Assembly (NCBI GenBank): GCA_013265495.1
Contig: MU058221.1
Location: forward strand, 1,302,001-1,366,000
Length of the DNA stretch: 64,000 nucleotides
Direction of reading: 5' to 3'
Source of the DNA: Vicugna vicugna
Taxonomy: Eukaryota
Shown here: piece after piece, positions 1 to 11,606 of the stretch
Position numbering within the stretch: position 1 is the stretch's first letter
How the letters are laid out: the number at the start of each line of letters is the position of its first letter
Program-made: the position numbers and the translations under genes
Notes under the pieces: model-generated
Databases searched by the model: none
What the model was told of the DNA's origin: nothing
Seen by the model: the letters and a program-made list of their open reading frames with translations, nothing else

Positions 1-2449
1 ATTTGGAACAGAATCACAGGTTAGATCTCATCTTCTTAGGATGAGCCAGAAAGGAAAGTCAGCCAGCATAGCCTGGCGGCAACTGACAAAAATTGTTTTT
101 ACAGCATCAGTGAACACAAAGACAAACCTTGGGCAAAATTCTGAAATGTGTAAAATTGGCCACCTGCAACCATCTATTTCTCTCTTTTCTTCCATCACTC
201 CCCTCCTCCATTTTACTAGCGACTTCTTTCCTTCCCCTTTGCCTTATTAAAATGTTTTAAGAAGAGAATAGAATGAAAGGTCTGATTGGAAAATGGAAAA
301 GAAATTCTAGGTGTATCTTGATTTTTGGGCTTCTGGACCACGTCACCTCTGTAGACGGATCTATTTTTTAGAGTAAACAAAAAACTCGTGTTAGTAGATG
401 TCAGGTTCTACTTCTGGGTCTGCTCTTGATTAAATAAGTGATTTTGCATTTGTTGACTTGTCTGTATAGACGTCAGTTTCTCAACTGGAAAGTGAGTTGA
501 AAGTGGCTCGATGGAGCCCTGAGGCTCTCTGTGAAGACTCAGGGAGCCATTATTAGATGAAAAGTTAGGGGGCTGTCCATTAACTATGATTCCAGTGCAA
601 ACTACTATCCACCTCAAAATTGAATCTGGGGCTCTGTAACTTACCACACTTTTAAACTCTATTATATTGCAGCTCACATTTACCACAGGATTTCAGTGAT
701 TCCTAGACTAAATTTTAGACAAGCTCAGGATAATGTAAGACCTCCAGATTTCCCAGTAGAATGGTTAAACTGATTACCTACCCCGCAGACAATCAAGAAT
801 AGAGGAGTTTATCCGTGACAAAGGAAGCAGATTTTTTTCTTTCAAAGGCATCACAAACTTGACCCTTTTATTGTAAGCCATTTTAACAAGTACTTCTACT
901 CGCTGTAAATAAACTCTCTATCTACACTGTACTTTCCTTCTTGGAGTCTGTCAACAAGAGTGATTACTTTTTCTAATGGTTGAATAGGTGAGGGAAAGGC
1001 TAGAAATGACAAGAAAAAGGCACCATGTTAATGTTTTAAGCTTATTAACTCATGACATGGGTCTGATGAAAAAGCAGAGTAGAGTGCCTTTGAGGTCTTT
1101 CAAATGGGAGAGAAGATTTGGGTCTAGAAGAGATAAGAGAGAGCAACATGAACACGGAACTTTGGGTACAACTGGTTTTCAAAAGCAAGTACAAGCGCAC
1201 TGCTGACAGGAGGAGACGTTAAGCTGTTCCCCTTCCCCTGTATCTTAACATTGCATCAACCACATCTTTAATGTTTAATAAAAGTGCTTTGTATGCACGA
1301 CTTCATTTGCATTTTTATAGCTACATTGACGATATTGTCATCCTTTCTTGGTAATGGAAATTTGTTTTCCAACCGGTAAAATTAAAATCTAAGTTTAGGG
1401 CTATACTAATGTTTAATTTCACTGTAAAAGCTTCTGATTTTTATCGCTTTAAGTGGAACATAGAATTTTATTAGGAGACTCTTTCCAATGCTCTAGTATA
1501 AAACTAGAAATGATTTTCTGTTTGTGAGTTTCACCTGGACATTTTCCTGGAACATACAAAGAAGTTCAAAGCTAATTGGGCTCATAGTTATTTGGGGCCT
1601 TCCAGCATTTAGTCAGGTCTCAACTGTCAGTGGATCCTGGGTTTCAACTCTTGTTTCCTAGGCTGTTTAAACTACCACTAAACATCTCCTCTAACTCGCT
1701 CCCAGTTCATGAATGTCCCCAGGCCAGATCTTGACATCGATTGATTATTACTGTGTGGGCTTGTCAGTGTTATAAAGTAGATTATATAAATATTTTGTTG
1801 TGTAGACTTCAGTGGGTAGATTTTGAATTGCTTAGTGTGTTCTTACCAAAGAGGAACTGCTCAATCATTAAACTAATATATTCTACACAGAGACAGAATG
1901 AAGACCCTCATTTTAAACATCTGCTTTTCCATTTATCTAGTAAAGTTGCTGGATCAGAATACATTTTTTTGCTGGACATTTGTAAGTAAAAAAATTGGTA
2001 TCATTTTAAATTGCATTTTTGTTTATTTCATTTAAAATAACTTTTTTGACATTTATGGTGTATCCTAAGCATAGTATTTCATTGTTCATTTATACTATGG
2101 TACAAAATCCTTAGTAGTGAACAATTCCTGCCTGACACTGCGTCCTTTACTGTGCTAACAAATTGGTTATTACATAATTAAATGAGTATTTTAATGAATT
2201 ATTATTAGTTAAAAATCCTTACAAATTATTATGTTATATATATATTTTTAGTGGTAATGTACTTTTATCTTCAAAATAGGTTGAGGATTTGGGGATAATA
2301 TATGCTGGAAAACAATTATTATTTTTCCATTTAGAATAATTGAATATGGATTCCAGTTATATTAAAATTTGCTGTCAAATATATTTTCACCAATGAACCA
2401 CTGCCCATCTATTTCTTTCTGCATAAGTCATTTTAATAGTTTGCCTGCC

Positions 2450-4090
2450 TGGTACCATACAAAGATGAACAGGTGAAGAAAAATTGGAATCTATTTATAA
2501 CCAATCAGTAACACAGAAAATAAAGACTGAACAAAAAATGAAAAAAAAATTAACTCTTAGCCTTCTTGAGATTAAATTACAGAAGTATAGAATAATTTTA
2601 ATAAAATTCACAAAATTAGTCAAAGATATTTAATGAGCAACACCAGTGATTCTAACTGGGACAGTAACATCATTTAAAAAATAAACAAATGAGAGAAAAA
2701 CTATTATCTGAGAATCTCAGAGGAAGAAAATATCTAATAACAAGAACTAAAAGAGAGAGGAAAGGGGGAGAGAGTGAGAGAGAGAGACTTTACAATAATA
2801 AGAGAAAGTAAAAGAAGGAAAATGTGCAAGGCAAAGTACCTAAAACCTAAGAGTAAAGAAATGGTGAAGTAATAATTACAGAAATAACTTTTTAACAATC
2901 CAAATCTTAAAAACTATTTAACTTTTCAGTAAAGCACTCATTTATGGGAAAATAAAAATAAAAATAAAACATACATAATTAAGAGTAAATTCCTAAATTT
3001 AGTGAATTTCCTAAATTCCATGGATAAACAGAAACACTTGAAAAAGAAGTAAAATGCTGAAAGAAAAACAATAACCATTAGACGGAAAATAATATGGGAG
3101 GAAAAAAAAAAGTGCTTCCAATATCAAAACAAGTGGTAAGTAGCTGATCTGTCCTTTCAGAAAGCACTGACTGTGGAATTAGAGGAAAGCAAAATCCATG
3201 AATTGGAAAGTGTGAAAATAAATTATGTAATAATATAAGGCAAATTCAAACAATATTTTACAACAGAAAAGTAAGACAGTAAACTAAAATTTAAAGATAT
3301 CTTCACTAAAAATAGAATTATTTAATTATAAAATATAAGCCCAATATAAAACTTATAACAGTCAAAATTCATTCATAAAATAAGTAAATAAATAAGTAAT
3401 ACATGGAGAACTGTATGAAATGAATTCATAGATATTTTGAATAAATCTTTTTCAATTAAAATATTTTCTACTTTTTGAAACAGGTATTATTTAAAAGATT
3501 TTTTTTCCCAAATTTCTTAATTGGTTTGCTACCTTCTTTTATTATATTTTATTGCCTGCAAATTTTAATTTTTTGAATATTATAAGCCAAATTTGCTTCA
3601 CACTGCATAAATGTTCATACTGAAGTTTAAATACATGTATGAAATATGTCATTACACATAACATATACCATAGAATATATATTCTAGAATATTTTTATAT
3701 AATATAACATATAAAGGATTGTCTTATAGTCAGAGAATAAATATTTTTTACTCTATGCAGAGAATATATGTATTGTATAGCTTCCTTTTTATCATCAAAT
3801 ACTCTATTAACCTTTAAATATGTTGACTACTTATTATGTGATGTTTCCAGTGTAGAAAACTGTCACATCTTTCTTTAGATTTATTCCTCAGAAGTCCATG
3901 TTTTTTGATACTTTTGTAAATTATATATATTTAAATTTTAATTTTATAGTCATTTCTTGAATGTATAACAAAGTATGACTTAAATATTAGACATAGCTTA
4001 AGAGTAAAATATAAATTAAAAAAACATTCAAAGCTAGATAATTTACAACTCATCAGGCAGGAAAAAAAAAGATGATTATTCTCACCACGT
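2450..4090. mobile_element. Highly decayed ancient L1 (L1M-type) fragments, mixed orientation, very AT-rich
   Basis: A-rich ORF1/ORF2-like remnants at about 2.5-3.4 kb, T-rich antisense-like stretch at about 3.5-3.96 kb. The ORF2-like text resumes after the younger L1 at 7200-7335 (aaatgggaaaacc...ttaccaagaagattatcaagtagcc). Confidence 0.45.
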
Positions 4091-5550
4091 AAAGAATTCT
4101 TTCAAGAGGAGGGGAAATCAAGATGGCAGAGCATGAGGACTCCTCCCATGAAAACATCAGAAACACGTCTACGTGTGGCTTGCTCTTGCCGAAAACAAAC
4201 TGGAGATGGAGAGTAAGGCTGTTCCACACAGAGCAGGCAGCACAGAGTGGGTGTGAAGATCACTAGCTCAGGGACCGTCCCTGGGGAGTGAGGACATCAC
4301 ACCCTGGGCGCCACAGCTCTGCAATCCAGCACTGGGATGATGTCTCCTAGGCTGGTCTGAGCACCAATGGACTTACCAGAGGGCTTAAGACAAGGAGATC
4401 GGCCCATGAGGAGCTGTGTACACACTTGCTTACTCCCAGGAATAAGGCAGACCAAACAGGCTAGAAACCGTGTGGGTCTCTTGCCAGCTTCCCAACAGAA
4501 CCACAAAACACTCACCGGCCCACGCTGGGGCCCTTCTTGCTCTGGAGAAGCTCTCCACTAAGGCAAGGGCTGCCATTGCCAAGGGAAAAGTGCACACTAA
4601 GGGAAAAATGAAGCCAACTTGGACTGACCCTACACTAAGGGGACAAAGGCAGCCATTGCCAGAATGCATACAGAAGGGGCCCATTAAAAGCTGCCTGGAG
4701 CTCTCACTGACCTCCCCATGCCATCCCAGCACGCAGCTCATCTCTCTGGGTGCCCGCCCCCGCTGCCCTTGCTCCGGCTTCCCTTCTCCATTGGAGATGC
4801 CATTGCCGAGGAGAGTGTGTACATGAGGTAGAGGGTGAAGCTGGCTTGGACCTGGCCCTGCGTCTGAACAGGGTGAGGGCGGCCAGGGGACGCAGTTGAC
4901 TGGGAGACTGTCCCAGTGCGCAGCTCCGCCTTCCCCTGGTGCCGGTTCCAGCCCCTCTGGCCCCAGTGACGCTCTCCACTAGGAGGGCAATGCCATTGCC
5001 ACGGGCAGCTTGCACATGTCGGGGTCAGCTTGGACCTGACGCTCCATAGGGCTGACAGTGACCACTCAGCATATGAGAAGCTCAGTCTCACGAATGGCTC
5101 TGGCTCTGGCCCCTCCCTCCCCAGCCCTACTTCCCAACAAGGCAGTAGCTGCCAGCACAAGCCAGGGCAAGACCTGCCCCATGCTCACTTCGGATCCAGC
5201 TCTCCCCCAAAACCGCTGAGCAAATGCAGTGTGCATAGGGCACACCTGTGCAAAGACACCCATTCAACAGATGGATCTGTAACTGTTTCACCTGAATTCA
5301 CAGAGACAAACTTAAGCAAAAATGAAAAAACAAAGAAATTGGTTTAAAATAAAAGAACAAGAAAAAAAAGGGGAAAAAAACTATTAATAAATGAGAAATA
5401 ATTTACCAGATAATGAGTTCAAAACATTAATGATGAGTGCTTAGTGCTCACTGAACTTGGAAAACAATTGATGAATGCAGTGAGAATTTGAACAAGGAAC
5501 TAGAAAATATAAAAATGAACCAGTCAGAGGTGAAGAACACAACAACTGCA

Positions 5551-6030
5551 AAAGCTGTAATTTTATTTTTATTTTCTTGAGTTGTATTTTTATTTTTATT
5601 TTATCGATTTCTTCATTGACACATCATTTTTCAGCAGCGTGTTGTTCAGTCTCCATGTGTTTATGTTTTTCCTCATTTTACTTCCTGTAATTGATTTCTA
5701 GTTTTATATTCGTGTGGTTGGAAAATGTATTCAATATAATTTCTATCCTCTTAAATGTGCTGAGACTTGATTTAGAACCTAACATGTGATATGTCCCGGA
5801 GAACATTCCATGTATACTTGAAAGAGAGTCTTCTGTTTTGGGGTATATGTGGTAGATTTCTAAATGTCAACGGGTCTGTTGTGAGATTTAGGGCTACTGT
5901 TGCCCCGGCTGATTTTCAGTCTGAATAACCTGTCCATTGATGTAAGTGAGGTGTTAAAGCCCCTTACTATTATTGTATTATTGTCAGTTTTTCCCTTTAT
6001 GTCTGTTACCATTTGCTTAATATATTTAGG
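5551..6030 (-). mobile_element. Inverted L1 ORF2 endonuclease-domain fragment (degenerate)
   Basis: The reverse strand reads PKYIKQMVTDIKGKTDNNTIIVRGFNTSLTSMDR, matching the L1 EN 'IIVGDFNTPL..MDR' motif; stops follow. Confidence 0.85.
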
Positions 6031-6074
6031 AAATAGTAGCCAATATTTTATAATAACTTTAAGTGGAGTATAAT

Positions 6075-7106
6075 CCAGATTGCCAGCAGGTGCATGAAAA
6101 GATGCTCAACTTCACTAGTTATTAAAGAAACGTAAATCAAAAGTACAATGAGTTATGTCCTCACACCAGTCAGAATGGCTATCATCAAAACATCCACAAA
6201 TAAGAAATGTTGGGGAAGTTGTGAGGAAAAAGGAAGCCCCCTACACTGTGGTAAGAATGTTAAGTTGGTGCAGTCACTATTGAAAATAGTATGGAAGTCT
6301 CTTTAAAAACTAAAAATAGAGCTACCATATGCTCCAGTAATCCCTCTCCTGGGCGCATATCTGGAAAAGGCAAAAAATCTAATTCAAAAAGATATGAGCA
6401 CCCTAATGTTCACAGCAGCACTATTTATAATAGTAAAGACAGAGAAGCAACCTAGGTGTCCATCCGCACATGAATGAATGAAGAAGATGTGGTATATACA
6501 CACAGTGGAATAGTATTTAGCCATAAAAATGAATGAAACAATGCCATTTGCAGCAACATGGATGGACCGAGAGAATATCATACTAAGTGAAGTCAGTCAG
6601 GCAGGGAAAGACAAATATTATATAATATCACTTATATGTGGAATCTAAAAGCTAACACAAATGAATTCATTTACAAGACAGAAATGGACTCACAGACATA
6701 GAAAACGAACTTATGGTTACCAAAGGGGAAAGGCCGGGATAAATTAGGAGTATGGGATTAACAGATACACACTAGCTTACCTAAAGTAGATAAACAACAA
6801 GGATTTACCTGTAATACAGGTAATTATAGTCAGTAACTTTTAATAACCTATGATGGAAAAGAATCCAAATTCTTTGCACGGAATTACTTTGTTTTACACC
6901 TGAAACTAACACAATATTGTAAATCAACTTTAATTAAAAAAAAAAGATTCAGAGCATCACTACATTAATAATACACCAGGAACCCTCTGCAGGTCTCCCC
7001 AGTTATTAACTCCACTCTTCTCCCCAAAGATAACCTCCTAACACCATAGATTCATTTCATCTAATTTTAAACTTTATATAAATAAAATGATATTGTTTAT
7101 GTTACA
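6075..7106 (+). mobile_element. Inner 5'-truncated L1 (ORF2 C-terminus + 3'UTR + polyA to 6945) with putative 3'-transduced tail 6946-7106
   Basis: Canonical L1 3' text (catgaaaagatgctcaac, gccatttgcagcaacatggatggac, tacacctgaaactaacacaatattgtaaatcaac), A-tail 6936-6945, second AATAAA 7081-7086. TSD aagtggagtataat (6061-6074) / aaatggagtataat (7107-7120). Confidence 0.85.
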
Positions 7107-7462
7107 AAATGGAGTATAATGTATAAAAATATTGAATCAGTATGTTGTACATCTGAAACTAATGTAACATTGTAAATCAACTATATTTCAATTAAAAAAG
7201 AATTCTTCTAAATCCCAACAAAAAATAAAATGGGAAAACCAAGTAAATACTTTGAAAAGTTAGTTTACCAAGAAGATTATCAAGTAGCCAGTAACCTTGG
7301 TCAGCTTTAGTAATTGTCTATGAAAATGTGTTAAATAAAAAATAGACGAAGAGGACAAACTTCCTGGTGGGACCATCTGTCTGAGTTGAGCATTAGAACA
7401 TAGCATTATTCTTTTAGTGATAGAAAGATGATGTTTGCAATCATAACTTTATTTCGGAGAGA

Positions 7463-7813
7463 TGTTAAGGGCAGTGCTACGTCTCCCCGAATCCTTGTGC
7501 TGAAGGGCTAGCCCCTAGGACCTCAGAATGGGACTTTATTCAGAGACAGCGCCTTTGAAGGGCAATCAAGGTAAAATGAGGTCAAATACGTGGACCCTAA
7601 TCCAACATGGCCAGTGTCTTTCTCAGAAGAGATTGGCTGAGACAACACAGTCAAAGGGGCAAAGAAGCCAGAAGACGCTTCAGAAGAAATCAAACCAGCA
7701 GACAGGTTGTTGATCTTAGACTTCTCATCTGCAAACCTGAGAAAATAAACTTCTCTTGTTTAAGCCAGTCAGTCTTTGATGTTTTGCAATGACAGCGCTA
7801 TCAAACTATTACA
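7463..7813 (+). mobile_element. MLT1 (ERVL-MaLR) solo LTR, MLT1A0/B-like
   Basis: TG...CA ends; aaatgaggtca...ggaccctaatcca; gaaaataaacttctcttgtttaagcca (AATAAA 7744-7749); ends ...aaactattaca. Confidence 0.8.
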
Positions 7814-8339
7814 AAAAGAAAAATTTAAAAATTAGCTTAAACTTATCTTCTGATAGTTTAAGTTGTTCTATAACAATGTAAATTTACATGTGTATGACTT
7901 GTTAAATTTTTTAAATGTCTGTGTATGTATTTGGAATATTTTATGTTAACGTATTCATGTGTCTTTTAAGATGGGGGAAAAGACATTTTCTTTTAAGATG
8001 AGGTTAGTTTGCTGATTACAGGTCCGTATCAAATCTCTTGTATAATAAACACATTCACTTTTTCAAGATTCTTAGGTTTAAGTCATTAAGCGAGAACCTT
8101 TTTGAAGAAAGCTGTCAGCAATTGACTTGAGAAACTTTCCAGATTTTGTCATGATTTTTTCTAGGGTTTTACCATCGTCTGCTTTAACTTGCTTAAAAAT
8201 GACAGCACTTTCTGAGCACACTTTACAGAGTTTCTCCCAATCAGTCAACTTAAATTTCATGTAATCTTTTCAAGCTCCATTAACTCACACGCTCATCACA
8301 CAGCATGGTGACGGGAACACCTAGCGTAGACATGCTTGC

Positions 8340-8720
8340 TGCGTTCGTCAGCGCAGGCCACCCAAACGGAACACCGCGGCCTGGGTGGCTGAAACAGCAG
8401 AATTTCGCTTTCTCGTATTTCTGGAGGCGGGGATGTTCCCAGCCAAGGGGGGGGCAGCCTATCAAGTTTGCTGGGAGAGCGCGCTTCCCGACACGCAGGC
8501 CTGCCTTCTGAGAGCTCACGCGGCCGCTTCTTGGTGTGTGTCCACGGAGGGAGAAAAACGAGGCTTTCTTCCTCTTCTTATAAGGCCACCAGCCCTTTTA
8601 GAGGAGGGCTCCGTTCTTATGACCTCATTTAATCTTAATTACCCCCTAAAAGCCCTAATTCCAAGTACAGTTACATGGGTTTGGTCCTTCAACGTGTGAA
8701 ATTCGAGGACTCGCAGACTC
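8340..8720 (-). mobile_element. MLT1A/B-like MaLR solo LTR, strongly GC-shifted in its left half
   Basis: ctgggtggctgaaacagcagaattt, tctggaggc, cctcttcttataaggccacca, tatgacctcatttaatcttaattacc are antisense MLT1 hallmarks. Confidence 0.8.
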
Positions 8721-11301
8721 ACTTGCTGACAGATGCTAAGCGAGAGAGCTGGTTGGAGCAGACGCGTCCAGGCACACCGCACAGTGGACTCTGTCTAGAC
8801 GGGCAAGCACACGAGGCGTTCAGTTCTGAAGGCCTCACAGGGGAAGAGTGTCCTCATTAACCCTGTAAGGACGTTGGCTGCGTGCCAGTTAAGAGTTCCA
8901 CTGGAGCTGCTTAATTCTAAGAGTGGACTTCTAAACGTGGGAGGGGTTCAGTCAAACGTTTTTGGAGCATTTACATTAGGCATGGCCATGGCATCAGTCA
9001 TGGCCCTAGAATTTCACTGCCTGCTCATTTCCAAGTCCGTTTCTCCAAACTTCCAGATGAGTCTGTGATTCGCTTGTGCCATCCTCGTAATTTTGTTTGC
9101 CCTTAAGATAGCTGAAGTTATTTGTCATCAGGAAACTCGACTGATGCAAAAACCGTCACCATCGCTTCTGGGTCAAAGCAAAGAGATCTTGAAGGCAAAG
9201 TCTGAGATGTGCTGGAAGTGGAGAGAATTCCAGCTAGCTTGGTTTTAGTCCTGCCATCTAGCATGCAATCTATGCGTGTGCATTGAAGGAGAAAAATATA
9301 AGGAGTGGGGTTAGATATTATTTTTATTTGCCTGAATTTTCTTTCAAGTGAGTATAAATAAATTTGAGATTGAATAAGAAAGCAATATTTTCATACACAA
9401 TATACTTTTCTTTCTGCTCACAGAGCACTGATATGCTAATTACTAAACCCCGTTTATTTATTAACTTTGTTTCTCAACTAGGCATTTTTGCAAACTTAGT
9501 TAAAAAAAAAAATCCCTTAGAGCAACTCAACCTACTAACACTAAATTCCTGCAAAACGCCTGTAATTTATACTTTTCAGTAATTGCTTCCATATATATCT
9601 CTCATCAAGCTATAATGCACAATTTGCTAGGAATTATATCAGGATGATTTAACTCCCCTCAGCCTTAAGAAAAGTTTATAAAAGATGTTATATTGCCATT
9701 TATTTTTTTAAGGAAAAGTATCTGGGAGGAATGAATTACAATTAAATTTGCAAGGGAAATTATTGTAATGCTTCAAATATCTTTATCAGTGTAATCATAG
9801 ATCACACAAGAACCTTCAAAAATGTTGGTCTTGAGGTAATGTTTTTGAATCACGAACAAAACCCATATTTTCTAACTGCAGACCTTGTAAAGAAATGAGT
9901 CACAGGCTAATCTGAGAAATATCCTTTCTGTGGAACAACAAGTACAACGCAGAGAGAGCTTTGCCTACGCAGGTACCATTAACCTCAGCCTCCAAATATT
10001 GATGAATTCTCATCAGTTATACTTCAAATGAGAGCAATTATACAACAATAACATCGACGGTATAAAATATTAAAGCTCTTTATAATGAAATAACTGCCCT
10101 TTGTTATGTCCAAAGGAAAGGAGCTGCAGCCATGAATGATCTGTCATTTACGCATGGTTATAAGTTATGAAATATCATTATATCTAAAAATACATGGGAG
10201 ATATTACATTGTGTGATTATAAATAAAATTAGTTTTATAATTAGGTTTCTCTGTCAGGAGTGTTCTACATTTTAATAACTTCCATATAATCTAATAATAT
10301 GTATTCAGGGGAATCTTTGATTAAGGAAAAATCGGCTGTTCTGTTGACTTGTATGTGCGTGGTGAGAGTGGGGTCTGTTGGGTAAATTATGGAGGGTCAG
10401 GAAAACCTTTGGGAATCAGTATCATAATGAGAATACAGGAATAGATCTTATTAGTGATTTAATAATGAAGGACCACTTAAAACTAGTAACAGACAAGATA
10501 GTAAATATGGTATTAGTCCAATTATAACAACAAATGAATTAATTACAGAAAACAAAGTCCATCCTACTTCGCTTATATTTAATTTTCTGGTGTTAGAGCC
10601 ACTGAAGTGATTCTGTCAGCCGGCATTCATGTCTTCAGATGTGAACATTCTGCCTCTGGTCACGTGCAATTGATCAAGAGCGTTTCTGACGCCTTTAAGA
10701 TGTTGAATCTGGTGCCTAATTGTGTCCTCCCCAAATCTGTGCAAACCAACTAATTTAAGATCTATAACTGTTCTTAGGACCCTAGGATTTTTTTGTAGAA
10801 TTTCTTACACAGCCTCATTAATTCTACAAACTATCCTCTAACTCAGAAATACTTTTTCGAAATAAATTTTTTTGCAGAGCTTGTGAACTGTACCAAAAGA
10901 AAATAAAACTCCTTCCACGAGTGTTGCCAGGAAGATTTTTCAGAACGTTTTCATGGACCTTTCTTTTAAGATGGTGTCACATGTTAGGACTGACTCCCAG
11001 AGGCACCAGCGACAGTTTAAAAGCGTCTCTTCAGAACAGTGTGATGATTTATGAGAAGTTTAGCGTCTGCCCGTTTTGTTTCCAGGATGAGAGGAAGACG
11101 TATTGGAAACGAGTGAACCAGGAAGGAGGAGGTTACATTCAAGAGGCTTTCGTGAAAGAGTTTCAAAGTAATTCACTACAAGTTGGGTAGGAAGTAAGTG
11201 GGGCTTTGAAAAATATTTTATTGTGTAGATGACCGTGTTTCTAGGAAAACAGATGGAAATGCATGCACACACCTACCTTTATAATAACTAAGTATGCTTC
11301 A

Positions 11302-11606
11302 GTAGGAAGTCAGATTATAAAAAAGATCAGACGAACTTAAAATCGACTTACCTCCAAATAATTATGTTCGATAGTACTTACAATAATTTGAAGATGTGAT
11401 ATTAAACTTACAAAACAGAATTGGAAGTACACTAAGAAAAATACATGATAACTAATCATTCTTTGGTAGGAAGTCAGATTATACAGAAGAACAAATGAAC
11501 TTAAAATTGACTTACCTCCAAATAATTATGAAGGATAGTATTTCTAATAATTTGAAGATGTGATATTAAACTTACAAAACACAATTAGAAATAAACTAAG
11601 AAAAAT
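11302..11606. repeat. Tandem duplication, period 164 bp (copies 11302-11442 and 11466-11606)
   Basis: The two ~141-bp copies align without indels; about 16 mismatches by manual count. Confidence 0.95.

Larger units (their letters stand above)
4106..7199 (+). mobile_element. Outer L1 (artiodactyl/L1MA-like): 5'UTR + ORF1 N-terminus, inverted ORF2 endonuclease piece, short 3' end; interrupted by a younger L1
   Basis: 5' start ggggaaatcaagatggcaga (YY1-type motif). GC-rich UTR, then ORF1-like MKKQRNWFKIKEQEK from ATG 5322 to ~5550. Antisense EN segment 5551-6030. 3'UTR halves 6031-6074 and 7107-7199. TSD aaagaattctttcaa (4091-4105) / aaagaattcttctaa (7197-7211). Confidence 0.85.

Noticed and set aside
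4297..5347. Stack of overlapping ORFs on both strands
   Set aside because: GC-rich L1 5'UTR; no coding signature.
8078..8260. 60-aa protein-looking ORF (MKFKLTDWEKLCK...) between the MLT1 LTRs
   Set aside because: In-frame stop just upstream, no acceptor or promoter context, no recognised family; length is at chance level.
11086..11193. Exon-like segment (ttttgtttccAG|GATGAG... with GT at 11187 or 11194)
   Set aside because: The purine-rich body resembles antisense L2 remnants (ggaggaggttacatt); peptide unrecognised; no partner exons.
11302..11606. Tandem repeat as a CRISPR array or satellite
   Set aside because: Only two long copies, no repeat-spacer structure, mammalian context.
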